Assembly: GCA_051294375.1 (NCBI GenBank)
Contig: CM119265.1
Span: forward strand, 10,236,684-10,300,683
Length of the DNA: 64,000 nucleotides
Direction of reading: 5' to 3'
Source: Paraspadella gotoi
Taxonomy: Eukaryota; Animalia; Chaetognatha
Positions within the stretch are counted from its first letter, which is position 1. Each line of letters starts with the position of its first letter. Made by a program: the position numbers and the translations under genes. The notes under the pieces are model-generated. The model was not told the origin of the DNA and ran no database searches. It saw only the letters and a program-made list of their open reading frames with translations. Below, one piece after another: positions 1 to 12,200 of the stretch.

Positions 1-569
1 TTTTTTCTAGCGGCAGGTTGTCGTGTGTCACCTTGTACATATGCACGTTAAAGGTCTTATGGTTCCAAATATGAAAAAAATTGAGGAAGTATTACCTCAA
101 TTATGAGCATTTTTAACGAAACAAGGACAGACCGATGGACAGAGAGACATGTAGCCTTTTCCCCAGGGACTAAAATAATATGTCTCCATTGAGTAACAGA
201 TCGGGCGCCTTTAAATATTTCGCCACTCGGCACTTTTACGAAAAAAAATCCCAAACTCGGAATAATGATATATCGAGTTTTATCTTGATCATATTTTGTT
301 AGTATTTAGTATTTATCAAGATGACGCTGTCAGAGACATATTTACCGGGTTCCTGTCAATTGCCTTTTTAAAGTAAGTAAAGTAAAAAGTGAATTATTGA
401 GTTGCACTGCGCCACTAACAACATTTTACGACCAGTAAGTAGCATCTTGCTAAGTTGGATCGTCAAAGCAATTTTCAAGTTTTCAAGTTTTCGAGTTTTC
501 GAGTTTTCGAGTTCACCATTCAACAAATTCAACAAATAAACTCGTATTAAAAATACAACATAAATATAC

Positions 570-3500
570 CATAAAGTTTCCCTCGCCGTAATCGACGGTG
601 GCGCCATTCGCCGTTCCGTCGACAAAAGTCGAAAGCCTCAGGAAGTCTTCACTGAAATAGAAAGCCAGATTCGAAGCCAAGAAGCGGAAAAAGTCATCGT
701 CGGGAGTAAGGGAGTATCTCGCGCTGCCATCTCGATGTGGTTGAGAGAAGGAAAAAAAATCTTTCGTGTTTTATAAATTAATAATTAACGAGTAAGAATA
801 AAAATAAAGATAATTCTCTATTTCCGTGAATTTTTAGTCGGATCTGCTGACAAAATGATGTCCGTCCGTCCGTCTGTCTGTCTCCCTGTCCGTCCTTCCT
901 TCTGACCTTAGCAAAAAAACTCTAATTACTCGTGATTGGATGGATGGATTGGAATTAAATTTTGTGTGTGGGTAGGGAAGTGTGTGATTGAGCTGGATTT
1001 GAATTTTCGAAGGAATCGTGCAAGTGGAAATGAGTTTAAATGGAAAAAACAAAAAAATTATTTCATTATTTGAAACGCCAATTACTCATGATGGATTGGG
1101 CGATTGACTTGAAATTTTGTATGTAGGTAGAAAAGTGTGTGATTAAGCTGGAAAAAGTTATCGATGGAATGTCTGAGTGGATATGAGTTTAAATGGAAAA
1201 AACAAAAAAACTGTTTTCACTAATTTATTATGCCTTTTTTTATTTTTATATTAAATGTAAATGCAAGTTTATTAATTAATCAATAATAATCAGTTAATTA
1301 ATAAATTACTAAATTAATTAATCAATAATAATGAATTAGTCAATCAATCAATTAATTATCAATCACCAATTTATTTATTTAATCAATCAATCAATCAAGT
1401 CAATAGTTATCGGCATTTTGTCGTCGTCGCCATCATCGTCGTCGTTGCTTTTGACGTGGTCACTGGTCAGTGACGAAATCAAATTAATTTATTAATTAAT
1501 TACCGCTAATGATCGTGGGCAGATCTCAAACTTGTTATTAGTCCCCGTTTCCCCATTTTTTAGTCGACTCTATAATCCCCTTTGTCGGTCCGTCGGTCGC
1601 CCCCAATCTTGCCGGGCATTCACTTGTATCATGTCAGAACATCAAATTATGATAAATACATTTTGTTTTTTTCCTTTCTGTTTCGTTGTGATTCGATTTA
1701 GAACAAAGTTTGAAGAGAGATTTAACAACGATTTTTATTTCATAGTGAAAAGGACATGTTTCGACTTATTTATATATTTATTACTGTAGTTAATTGTTGA
1801 TATTATTCATTACTAAAGTTTACCAAAATTTTAACATTGTTGTACATTTCATAATGTATTTATTTTCAAGCACTGTCTCTCTCTCTCTCTCTCCATTTCA
1901 ATTTCTTTTCCACAACTATCTCTGTCCTCACCTTCACCTGTCCCTAATAAAAAACTGAAACTATCCTTTTCTCAAAACTCTGTGTTGGAAACTTTGCTCT
2001 GTCTCTCTCTCTCTCTCTCTTTCTTTATGCAACAAATTCTCTTCAAATTCACAAATTGAATTGCGCTGAAGAAGACTCGTATGTGAGTCGAAACATGTCC
2101 GTTTCACTATGAAATAAAAAATCGTTGTTAATCTCTCTTCAAACTTTGTTCTAGATAAATTATGCAAAAAAAATTATGTCCGTCTGTCCATCCATCCCAC
2201 CTTAGCATTAAACTCCATTACTCATGATTGGACGGTTGCATTGGATTGAAATTTTGTGTGTGGGTAGCAAAGTGTGTGATTGAGCTGGATATAAAGTTTA
2301 AATGAGTTTAAATGGAAAAAACATAAGTCGCATTTACTAAAATTTTTCAATTAATCATAATAGATTGAGATGAAATTTTGTGTGCGGGTAGGAAAGTGTG
2401 TGACGAAGCTGGATATAAAGTTTCAATGGAATTTAAGGGGTGAACTTAGGTAATATTTTGCCTTATTAACTGAGAAAAGTGTTACTGAAATTGCCTAGGT
2501 AAAGAAATGATTTTTCTTAATTAATATAGGCAATTTTTGAATCAAAATATTTTGCTTATATTTATTTTTAAGGATAAATAAAACAATATATTTTCTTTTA
2601 TTGTTATAATTTCGTTATCAACTATATTTTCAATTTGTTATTACTATATTTTAAGCCTAAAAATACTTTTCTCAGATGGCATGGAATATGAGTATCAGCA
2701 TTAAGTATGTAAACTACTTGGCTACTACCAAACCCAGAACCAATAAAATTATTAAAGAAGATTAATTCATTGATAAATAAAAAAATTAACAGATAATAAA
2801 GAAATTAGTAATAACAATAAGGATGCATACATTTAAAGAGATTTGCAATGTAACGTATTCAGTTGTATCCTGATATGATTGACAAGATTAAAACCTTGAT
2901 CAAAGATGATGTAAAAATGTACACAAGACTCAAGTCGCCCAAAAATGTTTTGTATCATATTTAGAATGTCAAAGCTCATTAGAATTCTTTGCAGAATATG
3001 ATATGGATTACTGATTACTCAATACTATTTCTAAGATCTATAGTTCGAAAAATTTAGTTCTCAAAAAAATAATCGCATTCTTTAATGATTGAAATATATT
3101 AATTGATAATTTGGACCTTTTTTGTCTGTGGTGGTGGTTTTCACGCAATCTTTAACTTTGTTTTGTCTTTAGACTTAGCTTTGTTTTGATGCTCCTGTAT
3201 GTACTGAATCAACCTTGTTGAATTCGAAATAAAACGCATAATACCTCCCTAGCTGATTATATTAAAAAAATCGAGCTCGATATGGAAAGTAAATATCCTA
3301 TGGATATGATTTTCAAATAAAAAAAATCTAAAAAAATTCTCCTTCTTTTTTATCATCATTAACAAAAATTTTAACTCAAAGTAAAAAATGACATTCTTGA
3401 ACATACTGAAAAATGTTTATCTTAATTAAAAACAACTATATAATAGACTCCAACCCCTGTCACCAAATACTAAATACCAAACACCAAACATATTTTTAGC

Positions 3501-6500
3501 TATTAATTTTTTTTTTTAAATTCTTTTATCTTTCATTAAAAATATTTGGGCTAAAACTAATTAAATTTCAATGTTGAGCAAATTAAAGTTTTATATTTGA
3601 TAAAGATTTTGTTTAAAAATTAATTTTATATGAAAATTTGCAAAATCTTATATTTTTATATTTTATGAATGTTTTACTATTTAAACTATATTATTAGTGG
3701 TAATAACCTTTCTTTTTCGTTGTTATATGTATTGGGGCAAAATGATTTTGTTTCACAACGAATTTTATTTTATCATATAAAACGTACATGTTTCGGCTTT
3801 GGATGCAAGCCTTCTTCAGCGTCAATGATTTGTCAAAGCCGAAACATGTACGTTTTATATGATAAAATAAAATTCGTTGTGAAACAAAATCATTTTGCCC
3901 CAAAACTATATTATTTAATTATATATATATATTACTTTTTAGACATTGTTATGATTCTTTCTTTTTGTTGTGTTTATAAATTAGGAAAAACAGTTTTTAA
4001 AGGTCAACAACGATTTTTATTATTAGATATAAGTCATACAAGTTTCAACTCTTTATGAAGAGTCTTCTTCAGCGATCTTTAACATTAGCTTTGAGAGTGA
4101 GAGAGTGAGAGAGTGAGAGAGAGAAGGAGGGAGATTCCAACAAAGAATTTAAAAAGGACAAAAGTCACATTAACTTAAAGTTTTTTACTTATATTTACTC
4201 ATAATTATTATATTTATTAACAATTGGATCGATAAATTGAAATACAATTTTGTGTGTGGCCAGTTTGGGTAAGAAAGTATGGAATCAAGCTGGATATAAA
4301 TTTTTGATGGAATCGTAGGAGTGGAAAAGAGTTTAAATTAGAAAACCAAAACACATTGATTTAAATTTTTTAACGTTTCTCTCTCTCTTAATTTCTCTCT
4401 GATTGATTGATTGATTGTTAATTTGGGTAAATGATTTATTGATAATTTTTTTAATTGATTAATTTAAAAATCTGTTATGATTTATAATGTTATGATCTAG
4501 TTATTATTAAACTCTGATCATTTTGTTGTAAGTTTCTCTCTTTTCGTTATAGAGTATTAAATGAAGACAACGACTTTTTTTTTCTACCATTAAAAATCGT
4601 TGTAAAAAATAACGAAATAAACTTTTGTCTTCATTTAATAAACTCTGATCATATGATCAATTTATTTATGAATTTTCTTGTCACATTCATCGGACATCCC
4701 ATCGGACATCCCATCCCATCGGACATCCCATCCCATCGGACATCCCATCCCATCGGACATCCCATCTGATTAGCTTCTTACTAATAATTTATCGTAGGCA
4801 GATCCGACATTGTTTGCTCAAACTTGTTTCTACATAAATCTCTTGGTCCTAATATTTACGAGCAAAACAAAACTCACCTAAAGAATTGTAGAAAGGGTAA
4901 GTGACTCCCGGATTATTCCCTGCAAAGTTGAGGAGAAGCGAGATTTTCTCTTTCTTGATCCAGTCCATGATCACCTGAGTCTCTTTCTCGATTCGAGGTT
5001 CGTACGTTTTGTCCAAGGCGTCGGGAAAGTTATTCAGCAGATCCTGTTTTATCGGGGCGATATTTTTAAGTCGTTAACGGTTGAAAATAATTTTAATAAT
5101 TTTAATTTTAATGATTTTAACCCAACCGTTAATATATTTATTTTGAGTTTTTAACAGTTAATTTTCAATTATTCTTTAAAATTTTTTTAATATGAAATAT
5201 TTTAATTTTTAAAAGAAGAGCAACTCTATGAGACACTTTTCGGTCGATCGGTATGTCTGTCCGCCAGTCTGTTCTACTTACATTGAAAATGCTCATAACT
5301 CGCCTTCAAGAAGCTATAAAGACAGGCTAAGAAAGTCACTGCGGGGCAACAAACATTTGAATTTCCGTTCTTGTTATTTTGATTTTCTTTTTTTTTTCTT
5401 TTTACTTCCGCCGCGAGTACTTGCTTTTTGGTCGTTCTGTCTGTCGGTCTGTCCCATTAACGTTAAAAATGCTCCTAACTCGCCCCGCCTTCAGGAAACC
5501 CTAAAACTATAAAGAATAAAATATGCAGTGTGTCATAAATGCACGGACTAAGAAAGTTATGGTAGTCATGTCATGTCATGTTATCACAGGAAAATACACG
5601 TGAAAATAAAGTTACTGCGGCTGTCACTGAATGAACCGATCTTGTTTTTTTTTTTCTTTTTTCTTTTTTTTCACCTCTTTATCTCTTTCTGTTCCCTTTT
5701 TCTAAATTTGAGGATTTTTCCCATCTTAACAAATGAGCAACCAAGTAAAGGCGAGGAATGAGCATTTGTAGCGTAAGTGTGACACCGACGAACAGACATA
5801 CCGACCGACAGACGGACCGAAAAGTGACTTATAGAGTTGCTTCGCGAGTACAACTAAAAACGTTGTACGCAAGATTTGCTGATTAGCTAAATTATCATGG
5901 GTAGATTCAACAAAGTTTGCTGTTTTCGATTTACCATCTTGAACTTTAATGCGGAACTCATCTGTCATGACAGGGACAGGGTATAATATTTTTGGGAACC
6001 CCCCATCACAATTTAGTTTATAGAATTCTCTTAATTTAAATTATTATAATTTAGCAAAAAATAAAAAAAATAAAAATTAGTTTGATAGCTTTACAATTTA
6101 TTAGCAAGTTTTCGGCGATTCCCCCTAACATTCTTCTTAAAAATTAGTTTGATAGCTTTACAATTTATTAGCAAGTTTTCGGCGATTCCCCCTGACATTC
6201 TTCTTACCACTCCATTAGCGTTAAATTTTCCCTTTTCTCCCTTGCACCGCCCCCTCTCGGCCTCCTCGAAGCCGTCGGGATTGAGTGCGGGGACGAAGTG
6301 AGCCCTGATCCGTCTCCATAACCGCTGATATCGATCCGACTGACTCCCGTTGGAGGTTTGTTCCGCATAGATCTTCGCTAATAGAAAGACGAGCTTGCGG
6401 CCGAAGACTTCGTTGCCATGGATATTGGCGACGATCGCTATTTGCGGCACGTCAGCGCGTGAGGTTTTCGGGCCTACGACGAGGGCTTGGATATCTTTTC

Positions 6501-7492
6501 CCCTGCGAGACGAAATGGGCGAACTGCCGAGTCGTTTTTTTCGTCAGGATGTCGTTCGATGTTCATTTGTCTTTGGTCTTCGAGCGTCCATCTATTCTAT
6601 TCTAACAAAGGCACAATGCCAACAAAACATTTAGCTTTTATGGTCATTGGTCAATGATCAATGGTCAATGGTCATTGATAAACGTTAATGGTTAATCATG
6701 CAGGAATTTAGAAGTTATTTCAATTTGAGACTAAGATTCTCTTATTTTAATCATTTTGTAATCGTTTTAAGCCTATTACTGTTTATCTCAATGTTTACCA
6801 ACTAACGTTTGAACTCTGAACTTGTTTTTGACTAACATCTCAACGATCTTATCTTTGAACCCCATGGCTCGATTCTATTTGCTATATAAGCTAACATTCA
6901 TTATCAAATTTAGTGTTTACTCTCAACGCTTGTGTTGTGAGTCATTAGTCGTTGTTCTCACGATTGGCGACTTCAGTTGTTAATTAACATCGTGTTATGA
7001 GGAAAACGCATATTATTTTAAACTGAGAAATTTATTTCAGTTAACATAGCTTAACCATAGTTTTTTCTCTTTCTTGAACTTTTGTCCTCTTTTCACTCTT
7101 ATTCTCTCTCTATGTTAACCGATATATATTTCTGAGTTAAAAACATAACCCGATATTAATGACTAGTATTACGTACTCATACCGCATATACGATGACTTT
7201 CAAGATTCAATACTTATTTTTGCGGTCAATCTCGTTACCTGACGCTTTTCCCCAAAACGTAGTGGCTCACAAATTCTGATTTTAATTGCTGCATTCTTTG
7301 GAAGACGTCGTTGATCACCTGGTTCGTGATGTAATCATCTTCCACCGTCGTTGTCATCGTCGTCGTTGTCATCGTCGCCGTTGTCATCGTCGTCGTTGTG
7401 GTGGTCGTATTGATCGGCGTTGTCGTTGCGGCCAAGAGCAATTTCAGTGTTACAATTATCGTTACTAAGATAAAATATCTATGTAACCGCAT
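570..7492 (-). CDS. M14B (CPN/E-subfamily) metallocarboxypeptidase-like protein, probably catalytically impaired; 3' part lies beyond the left edge
   Basis: Hand-spliced exons 7239-7492, 6208-6502, 4878-5043, 570-730 join in frame. Signal peptide and Thr-rich stretch, then YVLGKSVRGKDI, PQIAIVANIHGNEVFG, HFVPALNPDGFE, DLLNNFPD, ETQVIMDWI, TPDDDFFRFLA, FVDGTANGA. Four intron positions match the neighbouring carboxypeptidase. Confidence 0.88.
831..1537 (+). mobile_element. Helentron/DINE-type non-autonomous element (HINE-like)
   Basis: Starts TTTTTAGTCGGATCTGC, has a (GTCC/GTCT)n microsatellite and a core shared with 2170-2430, 4240-4345 and 34310-34530, and ends GGCAGATC...CAAACTTGTT. Confidence 0.65.
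1668..2156. mobile_element. Fold-back Penelope-like pLTR remnant carrying a hammerhead motif, nested in a HINE-like element
   Basis: Inverted arms at ~1700-1767 and ~2086-2153. Only the left arm has the extra ACAACGAAACAGAAAGGA tail (minus strand). Confidence 0.65.
2057..2106 (+). ncRNA. Minimal type I hammerhead ribozyme motif
   Basis: GCG-CTGAAGA-A-GACTC gtatgt GAGTC-GAAA-CATGTC-CGT: full core, 5-bp stem II, palindromic ACAUGU stem III, GUC cleavage triplet (after 2099). Confidence 0.82.
3708..3903. mobile_element. Near-perfect palindromic element (arms ~3732-3800 and ~3835-3903) with a hammerhead motif in the minus arm
   Basis: About 69-bp perfect inverted arms around a ~34-nt spacer; ACAACGAAAAAGAAAGG tail on the minus arm only. 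Confidence 0.8.
3781..3823 (-). ncRNA. Minimal type I hammerhead ribozyme motif
   Basis: Minus strand reads GACG-CTGAAGA-A-GGCTT gcatcca AAGCC-GAAA-CATGTA-CGTT; GUA cleavage triplet. Confidence 0.82.
4034..4075 (-). ncRNA. Minimal type I hammerhead ribozyme motif
   Basis: Minus strand reads TCG-CTGAAGA-A-GACTCTT cata AAGAGTT-GAAA-CTTGTA-TGA; part of an element at ~3955-4230 with the same kind of tail. Confidence 0.72.
4688..4766. repeat. 17-bp minisatellite (ATCGGACATCCCATCCC)n just before a HINE 3' end (4797-4830)
   Basis: Direct tandem copies, followed by GGCAGATCCGACATTGTTTGCTCAAACTTGTT. Confidence 0.85.
5206..5860. mobile_element. Inverted fragments of a second HINE-like family
   Basis: GCAACTCTAT...CACTTTTCGGTC plus microsatellite on + at ~5220 and on - at ~5790-5860. 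Confidence 0.5.
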
Positions 7493-8549
7493 GATTTGGT
7501 GCCTCGCAGAAAAATGTAAAAAAAAATCGCGATCGAGCTAAAATAGCGTATAGTTTTGGTTTACAATTCGCTTCTTTTTCATGATGACGGCAGCATTTCA
7601 ATGAAATTAAGAATGCGAAGTTTCGTTAACCCTAACTTAGGCCTCAGGCGCTGGAATGAAAATAGTTTCGTTAAACTCGCGATCCTCGCCTATTCTCTAC
7701 ATAATCGGATTTTTTCAAAGGCTGACGCTACATTGCTACAACCCAGCACTAGTGCCGGATAATTAAATGCAGATGAATTTAGTAATAACATAAGTTGTAA
7801 TGTGGAATTAAATAACGTTGTGGTAATTAAACGACTAACTACACTATAACAAAAACATTTTGACTGTCGTGTGGCCTCGCGTCATCATTGAAACGTGATC
7901 GTCACCGGCGCCCCCTAAAGAAGATGACAAAATTTATAAGACACATTAAGAGAAAATAAAGTTTTTTATTAAAAAAAAAAATTTGCTTTCTTTTAATCTT
8001 TACCGCGATAAAAAGAAATCGAAAACAGAAAAATATAAAATAAAATTAATAAAAAATCGATCAAACTGTTAAAGTTTAACTGGAAACAAAATTAAAATAA
8101 TAAGCTGGAGACAAAAACTTTACTAACTCCAAATCAACTTTACTAACTCCAATCAAATTTACACATAAGAAATTGGTACAACAAATATTATAAAAATTAT
8201 CCATACATTTTAATTTCTATAAATAAGCTATCTTGCCTCCTGACTTTGAACAATAAACACGGTTAACAACAATAGACAGCTTAAGCATTACATCCCCTCT
8301 TAAGGTCATTCAAATCAACTTTAAAATCGGTCAAGTAGAGCTTTTGGCGATTTCGAAAATGTATTCACTTTAAATTTCATTCCATTTTATATCGGTTTAA
8401 ATTATAATATAAAATAAAAGAAACCTATCAGAAGAGTTACAAGTCAAACGAAAAAGCCAATCCATCTGATATTTTTCAAGAATTTTTTATTAGTGAATTA
8501 AAAAAAATTAATAGAGAGATATTTTGAAATTTCAACTTACATCGTTAAA

Positions 8550-9042
8550 AACAAAGTGTTTTTAGACTGAATAAATAATTAAAAAAAGGAATTTTTTGTG
8601 ATAACTAATGACTACGATGTATTTCTTGAGGGCATACCTGTAATACATAAAAGTGTTTTTAGACTGAATAAATAATTAAAAAAAATAATTTTTTGTGATA
8701 ACTAATGACTACGATGTATTCACCTTTGATGGGATAGCTGTAATACATAAAAGTGTTTTTAGACTGAATAAATAATTTTTTAAAAAAATTGTGATAACTA
8801 ATGACTACGATGTATTTCTTGATAGGATAGCTGTAATACATAAAAGTGTTTTCAGACTGAATAAATAATTAAAAAAAAGAATTTTTTGTGATAACTAATG
8901 ACTACGATGTATTTCTCTTGATGGGCATAAGCTGTAATACATAAAAGTGTTTTTAGACTGAATAAATACTTTTTAAAAAAAAATTGTGATAACGAATGAC
9001 TACGATGTATTTCTTGATGGGATAGCTCTAATACATAAAAGT
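8550..9042. repeat. Tandem repeat, ~97-bp unit x5
   Basis: AAAGTGTTTTTAGACTGAATAAAT...GTGATAACTAATGACTACGATGTATT recurs at ~8553, 8650, 8750, 8843 and 8943. Confidence 0.9.
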
Positions 9043-9084
9043 TTACGAATAGTGAAGCTGAATGACACTTCCTCTTAAAAGATA

Positions 9085-9252
9085 AAAACACAGGGAAGCC
9101 AGGAACTCTGGAGTGAATAAACGAGACTGCGAGAGAGTCTTGGTTGAAGGCTTGCTGAAGACTGATGGAGGCCTTAAACCACCAAAGTCTGTTCAAAGTC
9201 AGGGGCAAGATATCTTATTTAATAAATTTATATTTGTTGGACCAATTTCATA
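9085..9252 (+). repeat. Dispersed ~200-bp repeat family (class unknown)
   Basis: AGGGAAGCCAGG...GAGAGAGTCTTG...AAAGTCAGGG.CAAGATA...TACCAATTTCATA. Other copies or fragments at 8168-8252 (-), 13420-13498, 26030-26150, 35265-35474 and 45858-46064. Confidence 0.75.
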
Positions 9253-12200
9253 GCAAGACAAAGCAAGCATTCATTTTCATTAAACTCGCCTCGTCGAGAT
9301 CCATCTCTCGTCTGAGTCGCTCGAAATCTTCTTCGCAAAACGAAATCATTTTCCTTCCGTCGTCTTCGTTCGTCTGCCTCGTCGTCGTCGTCGTCGTCGT
9401 CATCGACGATTCCGTCCACAAAAGGTCATTGGCGAGAGAGGGGGCGAGGATGGGAAGGCCCGGATCTCCCTCGTTCGACGTCGTCGCGGTCGGCGACATC
9501 GACGTCGACAGTCCCAAATCGAAGAGCGAAAAAGGGGGCGTGGCGATCGGCGCGGATACGGACGAGGTTCCAGCCGTGGCGGATGGATGGATGGAGGGAG
9601 CGACGGATCGAATCAACGCATCGATGGACTCGTCGATGAAATGCGTCGTCGTTGAAGTAGGGTCTTGGTCAGATGGAAGAGCGGCGTTGCACGGAACCGT
9701 AGCGGAGTTGGAAGTCGTTACTATTGGACAATTAGAAGGAGCGAATAGCGGAAGAGGAGGAGGAGGAGGAGCAGGACTTGAAAGTGGAATTTCGATTGGA
9801 TCTTGAATCGGAAGAGAATCGAGATAGAAAATCTCCGAGCCGAGTGTTAACGGAGTGGCGGCGCCCGAGTCGAAGAGAGCGATTGTAGGAGGAACGCTTT
9901 CGATGGAGGCCGCTGGAGCAACGAAATCGATTGCGGGGGCTGGAGCGATCGAAGAGATTGCTGGAGCGGAAATGAGATTGACTGGTAAAGCGGAGGCTTC
10001 CGTTGGAGGCGACGCGGATGAGAGATGAAAATCGAGTGATGCGGGATCGAAAATCGGAAAAGTGGCCGGGATAGAGGGCGCGGTGGAAGAAGGGAGGGGT
10101 AGAGAGACAAAGGTTGGGACGGAAGACGATGAGGAGGAGGAGGAGGAGGAGGAGGTAGTTGGAAGAGAAGATGAATTGGGCGTGGAAATGGAATCTGAGG
10201 TCGAAGGCCAATCGTCGTCGTCGTCGTCATTGCCTGGCCAATACGGAAAAGAAATGAAAAAGAATACCTGAAGGTCGAATCGACAAATAACAGTAACTGC
10301 AGATATATCATCGATGGAATGCATCTATAGAGACTAGAGCCTATATACCTATATACCTATATATAGTATTATATAGTATAGACGGTCTTTGTGATCTTCG
10401 AAACATCAGATTGGTTGTCAATGACCATCTGATGACTCGAAAAACCTCAAAGACCTCCTCTCTACCTCTTAAAATACTATAGAATCATTCATGAAAAGAC
10501 CAGGAATCTTTTTTATTTTCTCACCTTTCTTCTCCTCATCCTTACTCTTCCCCGCATCGCGCAACGCCAAACGCCCGGCCGCGGTCAACGCCAAAGTCTG
10601 TCCTTGGAGGAAGTCCTTGGGAAGTTCGTCCTCCAGCAGGGTGAGAATCGGACCCTGCGACTGGAACTCTTCCAGAGGATCCAGCGGCAGGGCAGAGAGA
10701 CGGGGCGGGCGGAGAAGGTTCAGCAGGGTGGAACGAGGAAGGGGAGATGCTGAGGAAGGATTGAAAGGGGGAATAAAATCAAATAAAATTTTATTTCCCA
10801 AAGCTCCATATTTCATCTCAAATCGGGGATGAGGTTGCTTTTTAGGCTTCATGATTAGGTTAGGTGTTAGGGACGAGGCTAGAGATTAGGGTTAGGGATT
10901 TGGGATAACGATTAGAGTTAGGTGATAAGGTTACGGATAAGGTGGTAGGGTTAGTTATTATCGATTACCTTACTGATTAAGGTTAAAGACTCGGTTCGGG
11001 TTAGGGATTAGTTAATTAATTTGAAAAAAGGTTAGGATTAAAGATATGGTAAAATCATAGATTAAGGGACAGAAAAGCAATTTGGCTTGATGAAAAAAGT
11101 ACGATGTAAAAACTTACCCTGTCCTTCCTTCGCCTCCTGCGCCGCACGTTCTCCAACTTCGGATTTTTTCGAAGATTCTTCGGGCGGCGGACTTTTTCTC
11201 TTTTCTTTCACTTCCCACATTTCCACTTGTTGGCCCTGAATTTCCCCATCAGGTTCCGTCGACGGCTCATCAGGTCCTGCTCTTTTGTTTTGGACAGTTT
11301 CGTTTCCCGTATTGCCGCTAGGTTCGCTCGGTTGTCTCAGTGCGGGAGACTCCGTCGCACAAACGAGCATCGGTCCTTTCTGCCCCGGGATGCGAAGAAT
11401 GGTGCCGGGCGTCAGTTTGGCGGTGGATCGATCGACGCCTGAACGAAACACTTTTTAGATTAAATAATTAATCAAAACAAATATTCAATGAAACCAAATA
11501 AAAGTGAATCAAACCGGATATTATGATTGGCGTCTTGATCGATTTAATTTTATCAACGCCGATGCCCCTGGGAACGGGAATACAAATCCGCGCAGGTTTC
11601 GAAGATCTTTGGTATGAACGCTTCGAGTCTCGCAAGATATCGTGGTACTCGCTCGGACGTCGACGATTTTTACGTCCGACCTTTAAACGTCAAAGAAAAA
11701 TAAAAAGATGTAATCACCTTAAGATGCCGATTTCAGAGAATATCATGAAGACATGAAGAGCCTCTTTTTTACCGACTTCTTGTCCAAGATGTTCTGCGCG
11801 TTTTTCAGAACAGAGATCACCGGCCGAAAGTCGTGGGCGACGGCGTGATCTAGCGGAGTCCGACCGAACTAAAAACGAACTCAGCAAATAAATTCAATTC
11901 CGCTTTTAATGATTTAATCGTATTTATTACTAATTTATAGACTTAATTTTAATTTAATAGCTCACAACCACAGCAACCAATCAAACTACCTTGTTCTCCG
12001 CTTCCATATCGGCGCCTTTCCGGAGCAGCGCCTGGCACACAAGGGTGTGCCCCTTTTCCGCCGCCCAGTGCAGCGGCGTCATCCTTAACATATCGGTAGA
12101 GTCGACATCTGCGCCGCAGCGCAGTAGCAGCTGCACGGAAGCTGAAAGTTTTCGGGTTAATAAGGTGAATTTTTAAAAAAATGAACTCATAAATACATTA

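Noticed and set aside
3669-4058. Overlapping ORFs with mirrored peptides on both strands
   Set aside because: Artefact of the DNA palindrome; not coding.
8550-9042. Regular repeats suggesting a CRISPR array
   Set aside because: Whole units repeat with no unique spacers, the context is eukaryotic, and there are no cas genes.
10397-10445. CTGATGA...GAAA within a small hairpin, hammerhead-like
   Set aside because: Only 3 nt between CTGATGA and GAAA, so no stem II, and no stem III or cleavage triplet.
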